Translations under genes and position numbers: made by a program
NCBI GenBank assembly: GCA_964417715.1
Contig: CAYQJG010000003.1
Location: 48,370 to 112,369 of the forward strand
DNA length: 64,000 nucleotides
From: an uncultured Lentisphaerales bacterium
Lineage (GTDB): Bacteria > Verrucomicrobiota > Kiritimatiellia > RFP12 > CAYQJG01
Direction: 5' to 3'
The notes under the pieces: model-generated
Seen by the model: only the letters and a program-made list of their open reading frames with translations
What the model was told of the DNA's origin: nothing
The model's database searches: none
Shown: positions 46,742-56,461 of the stretch, one piece after another
How the letters are laid out: each line of letters begins with the position of its first letter
How positions within the stretch are numbered: the first letter of the stretch is position 1

Positions 46742-48139
46742 TCAGATCCTCACGACATCCAGCCCGCACTGGCGGCCGAAGGCGGCGATGGCCTCGGCGC
46801 GGTCACCCAGGACCAGCGCGCTGTGGTGGGTACCGCCGGCGCGGGAATAGGCCTCCAGGAAGGGCGCTACCGGCATACGCGGACGCACCCAGGTGCGCAC
46901 CACGTCGCGCATGGCCGGGTCAAGCGAGGCGTCCTCGGCCATGACGTCAACCGGGGCAACAATCAACACGAACGTATTGTCCGGGCCGGGGGCGAGGTTG
47001 ACGAACACGGCCGGGCCGGGCTTGGCGACGCAGGTCAGGATGGCCGGGTCGAGCGAGCCGCCGCTGAAAAACGGCTTGGAGATGACGCGCGGGCGCTCGC
47101 CGGCCACCGTCGGGCTGATCTCGCCCATGTGCGAGAGGAACAGGCTGTTGCCGGCCCAGTCGGCGCAGAAGATCTCGGTGAAGGTCACGGTGCCGAAGGC
47201 CCGCGTCAGGGCGCCGACCAGCGCGGCGGTGAGCACGTCGCCCTCGCCGGCATAGCCGAGTCCCCGCCCCATCGCCTTGGAGATCTCGAAGAACGGCATG
47301 GTGTTGGCCGGCCGGTCGCCGCGGTTGAAGGCCTGGAAATTGACGCTGAGCCCGCGGTACCCGCCCTCGTCCAGGAGGCGACGCAGCCCCAGCCCGACGC
47401 GCACCGAGCGCGCATGGGCCTCGGCGGGCAGCTCGCAGGCGTAACGCCCGCGATCCTCCGCGACTTCGCGCTCCACCTCGGTATCGGTCACCTTCAAGAT
47501 GGCCGCGTCGAGCTTGTCGAGCCCGATCTGCTTGACACTGACCCCCAGCTTGGCGGCCAACACCTCCTCGGACACGGCGAAATCGCCCATGCCGGCAAAG
47601 GTTTCGCCGACGCGCAGGATGCGGCTGCCGCGGAGGGACTTTGCCCCGGCGGCGGCGCGCACCAGTGCCGCCGTCCGGTCCAGCAGCGCCGGATCGGCGT
47701 CGTGGCCGGCAACGATCTCGAAGGCGCGGCGGTGACGGCGCAGCATCGAGGCGAAGTCCATCACGCCGTGCACGCCGTGGTTGTACATGATGCGGTCGGC
47801 ACGCGCGCCAACACCGAAGTCCGCGTCCATGGTGGTGTCGAGAATGACGATGGGGAGCTTCGTCGCCAGGCAGGCGTCAAGCGCCTCGAGCGAAGGGGAG
47901 TAGGCCAGATGCACCGTGACGATGCACTCCACCCCGGCGGCATCGAACTGGCCGATGGCGTCCGTAAACTCCCCGGCTACGCGGCAGACCGGCGCGGTCT
48001 GCACCGCCAATCCACGCGCCGCAAGCCCGGCGGCGATCCGCTTGATGAAGCCGTCGAAGCCTGGCCGGTAGGTGGGCAGGATGTCGTCGTAGAGCTTCAA
48101 GTAGAAGGGCAGGAGACCGGCTTTGAGCTGTTGGTTCAT
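46742..48139 (-). CDS. L-arabinose isomerase-like sugar isomerase (AraA/FucI superfamily)
   Basis: NHGVHG, YAGEGD, FTE, SHMGE and GGTHH metal-ligand motifs. Confidence 0.82.
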   Translation of the reverse strand: MNQQLKAGLLPFYLKLYDDILPTYRPGFDGFIKRIAAGLAARGLAVQTAPVCRVAGEFTDAIGQFDAAGVECIVTVHLAYSPSLEALDACLATKLPIVILDTTMDADFGVGARADRIMYNHGVHGVMDFASMLRRHRRAFEIVAGHDADPALLDRTAALVRAAAGAKSLRGSRILRVGETFAGMGDFAVSEEVLAAKLGVSVKQIGLDKLDAAILKVTDTEVEREVAEDRGRYACELPAEAHARSVRVGLGLRRLLDEGGYRGLSVNFQAFNRGDRPANTMPFFEISKAMGRGLGYAGEGDVLTAALVGALTRAFGTVTFTEIFCADWAGNSLFLSHMGEISPTVAGERPRVISKPFFSGGSLDPAILTCVAKPGPAVFVNLAPGPDNTFVLIVAPVDVMAEDASLDPAMRDVVRTWVRPRMPVAPFLEAYSRAGGTHHSALVLGDRAEAIAAFGRQCGLDVVRI

Positions 48140-48211
48140 GGTCTGGTTCCTTGCGTACGTTCCATCGGATTGGACTGACCAGACTGATCCGACCGATCTC
48201 ATGCTGGTTGC

Positions 48212-49528
48212 CTACACACCGATCCCCTGCCCCGCCAGGAGGGCGGCGCCGCGGGCGCCGGCGGAGCGGCCGCCGATACTCACTTCAAGCCCGCTGATTC
48301 CGGCCACGATCTGCGGCCAAAGCGGGCTGTTGGCCGGACCACCAACCATCACCGCACGGGTGTAGTGCAGGCCATGGGTTTTCAAGGCCATGATCTTGGC
48401 GTTCAGCAGCCGGGCGGCGCCTTCCATGATGGCACGACTGAGGTTGCGGCGGTCGCCCGCAAACGGCCGCGGTGGTTCGCGGAGGTCGATCTCCAGCCCG
48501 CCGGCACCGGGTTCGGCCTGCGCCGCAAACTCGTTGAAAATGCGCAACCGGTCGGACTCACCCGGGGCGATGACGTTCTCGATATACCAGTCAATGCTCC
48601 GGCCGATGTATGGCACGGAGAAGATGCCGCCCCACGGCAGGCCCTCGTCGGCAAGGAATGGATCGCACAGCATGCCGGCGTCGATGATGGCCTGCCGGTC
48701 CCGGCAGGGCGCGAACCCCACCCACGAGGTGCCGCAGGACAGCATGAGCTGGCCCGGCTCCACCACGCCGACGGCGCGCGCCGCGGCCGGATGGTCGAAA
48801 CAGCCGGTAACGACGGTGGTCCGGGCGGAGAGTCCGGTGTCGCGCCGGGCCTGCTCGGTCAGCGGGCCGACGACCGCGCCGGAGGGCACGAGCGCCGGAA
48901 GTTTCTCCCGTGGGATGCCAAGCCGCCGGAGGAACGGTTCATGGTACGTGCGGGAGATCTGCTCCTGCAGATGGAAGGTGGTGGCGGTGGAATGGTCCAT
49001 CAGCCAGCGGCCGGTTAGACGCCACAGCAGCCAGTCGGTATCCATGCCGTAGCGTCCGGCGGTCCGGTAGAGATCCGGACGGTTCTCCCGCAGCCACGCC
49101 AGATGCCCCAGCGGGAAGCTGGTGACGCAGGGCCAGCCGGTGATTTGGGTGACCTCCGCCGAAGTGAGGCCGGCCAGGTCGGCGGGGGGTTGCTGTTCGG
49201 CGCGATGGTCCATCCAGTTGATGATGTTCATCAGGGGCGCGCCGGCGGCATCGGTCAGCAGGGTGTTGCCGGAGGCGGCGGCCATGGCGATGGCGCCGAC
49301 CTCGCCGGGAGCGGCTGCGACGAGGTCACGGATCACGCCGCACACATTCCGGTAATGCCGTTGCGGATCCACCTCCACCCAGCCCTCATGGGGGTGGATG
49401 AAAGTGGAGTCTGCGCCGGCCTCGGCCAGCACCACGCCCCGGACATCCGTCAGGACACCCTTGATGACGCTGGTGCCCAGATCCAGCCCGATGAGGCAGG
49501 CTTCAGGGTTGCATGCGGCGGTTTTCAT
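48212..49528 (-). CDS. FGGY-family carbohydrate kinase
   Basis: IGLDLGTSVIK, GWVEVDP, WMDHR, GCFDH, SCGTS and MVGGPA motifs. Confidence 0.9.
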   Translation of the reverse strand: MKTAACNPEACLIGLDLGTSVIKGVLTDVRGVVLAEAGADSTFIHPHEGWVEVDPQRHYRNVCGVIRDLVAAAPGEVGAIAMAAASGNTLLTDAAGAPLMNIINWMDHRAEQQPPADLAGLTSAEVTQITGWPCVTSFPLGHLAWLRENRPDLYRTAGRYGMDTDWLLWRLTGRWLMDHSTATTFHLQEQISRTYHEPFLRRLGIPREKLPALVPSGAVVGPLTEQARRDTGLSARTTVVTGCFDHPAAARAVGVVEPGQLMLSCGTSWVGFAPCRDRQAIIDAGMLCDPFLADEGLPWGGIFSVPYIGRSIDWYIENVIAPGESDRLRIFNEFAAQAEPGAGGLEIDLREPPRPFAGDRRNLSRAIMEGAARLLNAKIMALKTHGLHYTRAVMVGGPANSPLWPQIVAGISGLEVSIGGRSAGARGAALLAGQGIGV

Positions 49529-49564
49529 GTTCGACAAAACACCCACGTCATGGAACCGACGGCC

Positions 49565-50410
49565 TCAAGATTCACCTTCTCTGCCGCCGGTTGGCGCCAG
49601 CGTAACGTCTTTCACGGCCTTGCCAACCCATTGTTGAGTGGACTTGTCAAGACCATCGTCCACCAGCAGACAATCGATCTTCTCCCAACCGGTGAAACGG
49701 ACAAAGGCGGTCTTGCCGAATTTGCTGCTGTCAGCCACCAGGATGGTGCGCCTGGCATTGGCGATCATGGCCCGGGAGACGCGCGCGATCTGCTGGCTGC
49801 TGGTATAGAGCCCACGGGCGTCCACGGCATCGGCCCCGATGAAGGCCAGGTCGGCGCGGAAGGCGGCCAGGTTGTCCTCGGTGAGCGGCCCGGAGAGGTC
49901 GGGACTGTTCTTGCTGACGGTGCCGCCCAGCAACACCAGTTCCAGATTGCTGTAGGCCAGCAGCGCCGAGGCGATGGCCAGCGAGCTGGTCAATACGTTC
50001 AATTGGGGGATGCCGCCGAGTGCCCGGGCCACCTCCAAAGTGGTGGTGCCGGTGTCGAGGATCACCGTCATTCCCGGCTTCACCAGCTCCGCCGCCGCCC
50101 GGGCGATGGCCCGCTTTTCGGCCAGGCAGGATTGCCGGCGCTTCTGGAACTTGAAAGCCACGATGGAAGGTGCCGCCAGGCGGGTTCCGCCATGGGTGCG
50201 GGTGATCCGCCCCTGCTGTTCCAGGATATCCAGGTCGCGGCGGATGGTCATGGAGGTCACCTGGAACCGTTCCGTCAGTTCGGCGACGCTGACCTCTTCG
50301 CGCCCGGCGAGGGCTTCCAGAATTTTGTTGATCCGCAAGGAAGAAGAGGTAGTGTTCATAGGGTTTCCACAAAGGGATTGGGGGAGCATGGCATATTCAC
50401 GGACATTCAT
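49565..50410 (-). CDS. DeoR/GlpR-family transcriptional regulator
   Basis: VTSMTIRRDL, RTHGG, EKRAIA, LDTGTT and ADSSKF. Alternative start at 50359. Confidence 0.93.
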   Translation of the reverse strand: MNVREYAMLPQSLCGNPMNTTSSSLRINKILEALAGREEVSVAELTERFQVTSMTIRRDLDILEQQGRITRTHGGTRLAAPSIVAFKFQKRRQSCLAEKRAIARAAAELVKPGMTVILDTGTTTLEVARALGGIPQLNVLTSSLAIASALLAYSNLELVLLGGTVSKNSPDLSGPLTEDNLAAFRADLAFIGADAVDARGLYTSSQQIARVSRAMIANARRTILVADSSKFGKTAFVRFTGWEKIDCLLVDDGLDKSTQQWVGKAVKDVTLAPTGGREGES

Positions 50411-51978
50411 GCCAGCGCCGCCAGCGCCCGGTGCATGGCGTCCACCACGAAAGCAATCACCGCCCGGTCGGCAGTCAGCGGCAATTTGGTCAGCACCACC
50501 GGGGGGCAGTCCGCCTTGTAGGTCTGGGCGCTCAGGTCCAAACCACCCCGGTTCAGTTCGGCGGCGAAAGCGTTGGCCCTGCCCCGGTCAACGAAACAGA
50601 TGGTGGTCATATGGCGCCAGCCATCAACCCCGATAACGGCACGGGGAAATCGGGCGGCCAGTTGGCGGACCTGCGCCTCAAATTCGGCCCCCAACTCCGC
50701 CGTCACGGCGGCGTTGGCTTGCGCCCATTCCATGGTGACCAGATAAGCCAGGGAGGCAAGTTCCTCCTGGCCGTTGGTCACCAGGGCGCCAAACTGGGGC
50801 ATGACATCCATGGCGGCGCTGAACAGAATGCGCGAGGCGGGATATTCGCCGCCGGGGAACCCCTTACCGACCGCCACAAAGGTCGGCTTGAGCCCATACT
50901 CGCGGAACATGAACAGTTGCGGCGCCCACATGCAGGACTGGATCTCGTCCACCACGGTCGGCACATCGTGCTTCTCACAAAGGCCATGGGCATGGTGCAG
51001 AAACTCCGGCGTCAGGCGGCGGCCGCCATAGTTCATCATGATGACTTCATGGAAGAAGCCGGCAATCTTGTAATCGCCCTGTTCATATTCACTGAAGGCC
51101 CGGTCCAGATCTCCCAGGCAGTTGGGACGGATGGGAACCACTTTCCAGGCACCGGCGGCGGTCAAGATTTCATGCAAGCCCGGCCACATTCCCCGCATCA
51201 TCTGGGTGAGCACCGTGGTGCCATGGTAGTTGGCCTGCACCCCCCCATCGTCGTTGCCCATCACCAGGATGACCGGGATGCGGCCCTGATAGCGGGGGGG
51301 TGGCATCTCCGGCTGCATGCGATGGAAACGGGCGAGAACCATCTTCAGCGCGGCCTCCACCGCCAAACTGCCAGTCTCCAAGTTCAGCACCCGGTTGAGC
51401 ACCCGGAGGTCATCCTGGCGCGCCATCACGGCCGCCAGTCCGGCCTGGTCCTCCCGTGACAAGCCGTTGGCCGTGCGGATGAGTTCCTCCTCCAGCCGGC
51501 GGGTGATGAAACCGCGTGTGTTGTTGTGCGTGGCATTCGGGATACCAAGCGCCCGTGCCTGACCCAGAAGAGCATAGCCGGGAAAGCCATGTCCCAGCGG
51601 CGTATGGTAATGCTCGCTCTTGGTGATCAGGTACAACCGCCCGTCCTCCCCGAGCCGGTAATAGCCCAGGGCGCTCAACGGCGCCGCTGCGGTTGAGGCC
51701 GCCGCGCAGAACTTTGAGGAACCCGCACCGGCGGCCGTGCGGGCCAACGGCCCGGCAAGTACCTGCCTGCCCACCTGATCCAGCATGCCCGCCAAGCGCC
51801 TCTGCAATGCCTGTGGAAAGAAGTCGACAGGCTGACTCGCGGCGACCTCCAGATCACCCGGCTGCTCGCCGGCGAGGCACGCCCGCGCCCCGCACGCCGC
51901 TTTCACATAGTCTGTCCCAAGCAGGTCTGTCAACGACCGTGCCACGGGAACGAACGCACTGGAACCAGAGTTGCACAT
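50407..51978 (-). CDS. Class III PLP-dependent aminotransferase
   Basis: TGSLAVEAALK, YHGTT, VVDEIQS and VGKGFPGG (PLP lysine). Confidence 0.88.
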   Translation of the reverse strand: MCNSGSSAFVPVARSLTDLLGTDYVKAACGARACLAGEQPGDLEVAASQPVDFFPQALQRRLAGMLDQVGRQVLAGPLARTAAGAGSSKFCAAASTAAAPLSALGYYRLGEDGRLYLITKSEHYHTPLGHGFPGYALLGQARALGIPNATHNNTRGFITRRLEEELIRTANGLSREDQAGLAAVMARQDDLRVLNRVLNLETGSLAVEAALKMVLARFHRMQPEMPPPRYQGRIPVILVMGNDDGGVQANYHGTTVLTQMMRGMWPGLHEILTAAGAWKVVPIRPNCLGDLDRAFSEYEQGDYKIAGFFHEVIMMNYGGRRLTPEFLHHAHGLCEKHDVPTVVDEIQSCMWAPQLFMFREYGLKPTFVAVGKGFPGGEYPASRILFSAAMDVMPQFGALVTNGQEELASLAYLVTMEWAQANAAVTAELGAEFEAQVRQLAARFPRAVIGVDGWRHMTTICFVDRGRANAFAAELNRGGLDLSAQTYKADCPPVVLTKLPLTADRAVIAFVVDAMHRALAALA

Positions 51979-51982
51979 GCAA

Positions 51983-52037
51983 TGTTTCTTTATGTTCTTC
52001 TTTGTGCGTATCGTACACCAACGGCGCGCGGCGTCAA
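51983..52037 (-). promoter_or_regulatory. Sigma70-like promoter with phased direct repeats (candidate DeoR operator)
   Basis: TTGACG-16-TACGAT; TGTT/TGTT/TGTG at 51983, 51993 and 52003. Confidence 0.6.
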
Positions 52038-52159
52038 GTGCAAATCCAAGCCCGGGCAGGCCAGGGATCCAGTCAGTCTCCAGATCCGTCAGCGGTGGGT
52101 TGGGTTTCTGTCCGCAGATCAGGTTCAGCTCCTGCGGCCACACTATTGCTGCACTTGCT

Positions 52160-53203
52160 CTAGCCGCGGGAAATGATCCGTTCCGCGTTGCGCCACAGGA
52201 TGCGGTCCAACACCTCAGCCGGAAGCCCGACGCCGTGGATCGTGTAGCCGCCTCGTTGCCGCTTGAAGGGCGGATGCTCCTGGAGGTGATCCGTGGACAG
52301 GAACTCCACCGAGCAGCGCACGAGGTCCAGGGATGTCTCGATGTAGCGATCCGCCGGATCGCGCCCGGCCAGCGGCACCTCGTAGGGCTGATAGAGGGAC
52401 TGCGCCTGCATGCCGGTCGGGACATTCTCATCATCATAGATGAGGTCAGTCCCGAACAGAACGCGGTCGGCGTAAGCCGTCAGGAACTCCCGCGCATGCC
52501 GGGCGCGCCGGTTACTGCGGCCCAGGATGGGAATCCGCGCGGAGCAATCGAAGACGAGATTGGGCAGCGCGTCGAGGTCGTCCGCAGCCTGGTCCAGGGA
52601 CTCGCCTCGGCTTCCAATGTGCGGCGCGATGAACTGCGTCGTGGGAAAGCGTCGGATCACGTCATTGCGCTCGGCAATGAGTTCATCGCGACTGGGAAAC
52701 CCCTTGCGGTAATACGTCCACCAGTCGTAACTGCCGTACAGCACGCCATTCCAGAAATTGTGCTCATCGACCGGCTGCCAGAAGAAACTTGGATCGGCCG
52801 TATGGATGAGCACGGGGATTCCCAGTTCGCCGGCCTGGCGCCAGATGGGATCGAAGCGGGGATCGTTCACCCGCAGCAGCGCGCCATCCCGGCCCCGGCA
52901 TGAAAGCCCCAGCGATTTGTAGATCTTGAGGCCCCGCATTCCAGCCCGAACATCCTCCTCCATCTGCGCGGCCGCCTGCTCGCCAAATTCCGGCTCGTTG
53001 ACGCGCGACAGATCCACGTTACCGAACACCACGAAACGCCCGGGATAGCGCCGGAACACCTCGAGATGCCGGCGCAGGGATTCTCCAAATCCGTCATGCC
53101 ATTCCAGCGTGACCGACCAGGCGATGCCGGCCCGGTCCATGACCGCCACCGCCAGATCCACATGCTGTGGCAGGACGTGCGTATGGATGTCGATCAGTTT
53201 CAC
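52160..53203 (-). CDS. Amidohydrolase 2 family protein
   Basis: IDIHTH, GLKIYK, PVLIHTADP, APH and LFGTD motifs. Confidence 0.88.
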   Translation of the reverse strand: MKLIDIHTHVLPQHVDLAVAVMDRAGIAWSVTLEWHDGFGESLRRHLEVFRRYPGRFVVFGNVDLSRVNEPEFGEQAAAQMEEDVRAGMRGLKIYKSLGLSCRGRDGALLRVNDPRFDPIWRQAGELGIPVLIHTADPSFFWQPVDEHNFWNGVLYGSYDWWTYYRKGFPSRDELIAERNDVIRRFPTTQFIAPHIGSRGESLDQAADDLDALPNLVFDCSARIPILGRSNRRARHAREFLTAYADRVLFGTDLIYDDENVPTGMQAQSLYQPYEVPLAGRDPADRYIETSLDLVRCSVEFLSTDHLQEHPPFKRQRGGYTIHGVGLPAEVLDRILWRNAERIISRG

Positions 53204-53511
53204 AGGTCGAGGTTCTCGTAGAACTCCACGCGGACGCTGCGGAAGAAGGGCACCTGCTGACGAAAGAGTTCCTCATGAGCCGGGTTGCCCTCGAAAAAGG
53301 CCAGCGCGGCATTCGCGGCGTCAAGCGATGGAAATTCGCCTTGCCAGACCAGGGTGTTACAAGCGGCGGCGGCGGAAATGGGTTTCAGGCGCCGTCCCTT
53401 GGGAAAGTCGGGGCGGGTCCGCTCCAGGTCCGCGAACTTGCGCTCAAGGGCCAGAAACTCACGCTCGTGGCGAACATCGTACTCCTGCAGGATTCGCATC
53501 GTCACGCTCAT
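53200..53511 (-). CDS. Small hypothetical protein (NIPSNAP/dimeric alpha-beta barrel-like)
   Basis: Operon-embedded ORF with GAGGA RBS and GTGA overlap; LVWQGEFPSLDA pattern. Confidence 0.65.
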   Translation of the reverse strand: MSVTMRILQEYDVRHEREFLALERKFADLERTRPDFPKGRRLKPISAAAACNTLVWQGEFPSLDAANAALAFFEGNPAHEELFRQQVPFFRSVRVEFYENLDL

Positions 53512-53530
53512 CGGGTTCTCCTCCCTCTGC

Positions 53531-54556
53531 CTATTCCAGAGCTTTCAGCAAGGCGGCCTGGCGGCATTGCTTCAGGTAGCGCCTGAGGCTGGCCAGGTTG
53601 ATGCCATCGTGAATCGTATCCTTCCCCGTCACCTTGAGGCTGCCCAGGGCGCACCCCAGGTGCAAGGCCGTGGCCGGGCCGTCCATGAAAGGAATTCCCA
53701 GGATCTCCCCCAGCAGGACGCCCGCCAAGAAGGCATCGCCCGCGCCGGCCGTGTTGACGACCTTGGCCGGCAGCGCCGGAAACCAGCGAAGCGTACCACC
53801 TGCCACGGCACAGGCGCCGTCGGGGCCCGCCGTGATGGTCAGGCGCACGCCCGGGTGCTTGCGCACTAACCGCACCGCGCAGGCCGAAGCGATCTTGCGG
53901 GCAGGGGCGGTGGCGGGCAGCCCCGCCAGCGCCGCGGCCTCGTCCCGGTTCAGGGCCAGCACATCCACCAGATCCAGCAGACCCTGGCGCATGCCGGGAA
54001 TAACCTCCTGGGTCACCAACGACGCCGCATTGAGTGCGCCGACAGCCCGACCGCGTTCGAGCAGGCGCCGGCGCGCCGCCAGCGGCACCTCGGGCGCTGC
54101 CAGCACCAGCGTCCGGCCGCGCGGCGGCTTGAGCGCGCGCCAAGCGCGATCGATGACCGCGGGCGAGACCCGCTCGCAGGCGCTGTTGGACTCGGTGAAG
54201 TTGCCGCCGCTGCCGTCGGGAAACTGATAACACACGGCCGAAAGCGTGGCGGCATCCCGCAGCCGGCGCACCTGGCCAAGGTCCATCCCCGCGGCGGTCA
54301 TCTCGGCGCACACCGTACGCCCGTCCGCGTCATCGCCCACCGCCCCGATGGGCGCCACCGTCACCCCGAGTCTCAAGTCGCGCTGCAAGACGGCCAAGTA
54401 GTGCAGAATGATATGCTGCTTGCAGGCATCGCGCCGGTCGAGCCGGTGCCCCCGGCGGCTCTCTTCACGGCCGATGGCATGGTTGCCCTCGAGCCGGTAA
54501 AAGATCCCCGTGCCGATCCCGCCGGTCCCGACAATGGTGGAGACACGCGCCCTCAT
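53531..54556 (-). CDS. PfkB-family carbohydrate kinase
   Basis: IGAVGDDADG, LNRDEA, ITAGPDGA and NTAGAGDAFLAG motifs. Confidence 0.9.
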   Translation of the reverse strand: MRARVSTIVGTGGIGTGIFYRLEGNHAIGREESRRGHRLDRRDACKQHIILHYLAVLQRDLRLGVTVAPIGAVGDDADGRTVCAEMTAAGMDLGQVRRLRDAATLSAVCYQFPDGSGGNFTESNSACERVSPAVIDRAWRALKPPRGRTLVLAAPEVPLAARRRLLERGRAVGALNAASLVTQEVIPGMRQGLLDLVDVLALNRDEAAALAGLPATAPARKIASACAVRLVRKHPGVRLTITAGPDGACAVAGGTLRWFPALPAKVVNTAGAGDAFLAGVLLGEILGIPFMDGPATALHLGCALGSLKVTGKDTIHDGINLASLRRYLKQCRQAALLKALE

Positions 54557-55440
54557 GGGAAAAACGCCCACTCAGGATGCACCGAGCAGGGGTGCGTGGC
54601 GGTTTCCAGTGTCGCGGTCACGACCGCGTCCGGGTGTTCCTGCAGCAGGGTGATGGGATACTCCGCGCAGGGCAGCGCGAAAAGCGCGGCGCGAAAGGCC
54701 GTCATCTTCCAGGGTCCCGTGTCGCTGAACACGCGGATGCGCCGCGCCGAGAGGCACTCCTTGATGCCGATCGTACAAGACATCGGGGGGATCAGCTGAT
54801 AGGCCGCACCCACGTTGCGATGCGCCAGCGCCAGCACGGTGTCCGGGTTATTGTTCTGCACCCGCATCTCCGCATCCCGCCAATCGTCAAGCGACACCGG
54901 ACTGAACGGCTCGCGGCGGGCCTGGTTGTAGGCCAGATGTCCATCCTGGCCCCAGCCGCCCAGGCAAATATCGATCGGCTCCTGCCAGAAAACCTCGCGG
55001 TAGCGCGGCAGGTTGGCCGGTTCCATCCAGAATCGCTGGGCCTCCGGGACGGCCAGTTCAGGCTTCACCGGTCCATAAAACACCCGTTCCATCGTGGTGC
55101 GGAAATTGAGCGGGTGTGCCTTGGGCAGCAGACGCCCTTGCCAATCCAGGCATTCGTCCATATGAAACACGGTCAGGCGCCGCAGGGACAGGCCGGCCTC
55201 GTTCACCTTGCGGGTAAACGGCGCGTACCACGCCATCGGGCCGCAGGGCACAATGGCACGGGTCGGCTGGCCCAGGCGATTGTTCGCAGCCACCACGTCG
55301 ATCAGTTCCTGGCTCATCATTTCGCCCATGGCGCGCGAATCCGCAACGACACGGTAGCGCACCCGAGGCTGATGCCGTTCGAACTGGTCCACGGGAATCG
55401 AGCAGATACGCAACAGTTCTTTCCGATCAATCACGAACAT
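54553..55440 (-). CDS. Glucosamine/galactosamine-6-phosphate deaminase-like protein (NagB superfamily, divergent)
   Basis: PCGP, FHMDE, GGWGQDGHLAYNQ, TIGIKE and YPITLLQEHP motifs. Confidence 0.8.
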   Translation of the reverse strand: MFVIDRKELLRICSIPVDQFERHQPRVRYRVVADSRAMGEMMSQELIDVVAANNRLGQPTRAIVPCGPMAWYAPFTRKVNEAGLSLRRLTVFHMDECLDWQGRLLPKAHPLNFRTTMERVFYGPVKPELAVPEAQRFWMEPANLPRYREVFWQEPIDICLGGWGQDGHLAYNQARREPFSPVSLDDWRDAEMRVQNNNPDTVLALAHRNVGAAYQLIPPMSCTIGIKECLSARRIRVFSDTGPWKMTAFRAALFALPCAEYPITLLQEHPDAVVTATLETATHPCSVHPEWAFFP

Positions 55441-55476
55441 GCACACCGTCCTTCCTGCACACAGAGCCCTTGCCGA

Positions 55477-56238
55477 TCAAGGGCGCATACTGCCACACTG
55501 GAAGGCCTCCGCGCCAGACCGGAGTTGGCATCCTTCGAAGGGCAGCTCCGCCTTGATAAGCACCGGCTTCAAGGTGTCCCGCCACAGTTCATACCCGGCC
55601 CTGGTCATGTGCAGGTTATCCTCCTGGAAGAGTTCCTTCTTCGGCTCCCCATTGCCGTCGAGCATGACCCCGGCCACGTCCACGTAGACCAGACGCCTGT
55701 CCTTGGAACACGCTTGCTCGAGCAGGCGGTTGGCTTCCTTCATCTGCGGCCAGAGATTCCATCGGCTGATACTGGGCTTGATCGACAGGACGTACACACG
55801 GGTCTCGGGAAGTTCCTTGTGCACCTTTTCAACAAACGCGCGAAAACTCTCCACGATCCGGGCCGGAGCAACGCCCCCTGCGATATCATTGTCCCCTTCA
55901 TAGAGCACGACAGCCCGCGGTTTGTAGGCGATGACGATCCGATCAACAAAGTGCAGGGCGTCATTCATGCTACTACCGCCGAACCCGCGAGGGATGACGG
56001 TCAGCGGCGCCAGATCCTCCACAATGGTGGGGTGCCAGCCCTTCATACTGGAACTCCCGATACAGACAACGGCGCCGGTCGGCGGGAACAGTTGCGTGTC
56101 CTTGCTTTCGAAGGCTTGGATTTCCTTCTCAAAGTAGTTGGTGGTGCCGGATTTCCGGCTTGGGCTGTTCGTGACTTCGGCCAGGCAGGTCATGCTCACA
56201 AGCAACAGCCAACCGGACATGGTTATCAGTGCTCTCAT
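55477..56238 (-). CDS. SGNH/GDSL esterase (probable carbohydrate O-acetylesterase)
   Basis: GSSS, RGFGGS, YEGDND and DNLH blocks; possible signal peptide. Confidence 0.88.
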   Translation of the reverse strand: MRALITMSGWLLLVSMTCLAEVTNSPSRKSGTTNYFEKEIQAFESKDTQLFPPTGAVVCIGSSSMKGWHPTIVEDLAPLTVIPRGFGGSSMNDALHFVDRIVIAYKPRAVVLYEGDNDIAGGVAPARIVESFRAFVEKVHKELPETRVYVLSIKPSISRWNLWPQMKEANRLLEQACSKDRRLVYVDVAGVMLDGNGEPKKELFQEDNLHMTRAGYELWRDTLKPVLIKAELPFEGCQLRSGAEAFQCGSMRP

Positions 56239-56461
56239 CGTCGTTTTCCCTTCGTGACCCCTCAGTGTTGGCACGGACGATTCATCCTCACATCGGGTGG
56301 GTAGCCTGTCAGAACGGCGGATCAACGTCAAGATCGCCACCAACCCGGTACGCGTTTCGAAGGCCGGACAGGGACAGACCGGAACTGCCGCCCCCTGTCG
56401 CCAACCCATTGCGTTCTCGGGGTTGCAGGCTAAACCGTGAAGTTGGTCTTGGTTTGGCGGA

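Noticed and set aside
56320-56432. Possible IS-end pair (TAGCCTG...CAGGCTA)
   Set aside because: The match is only ~7 bp, too short to exceed chance
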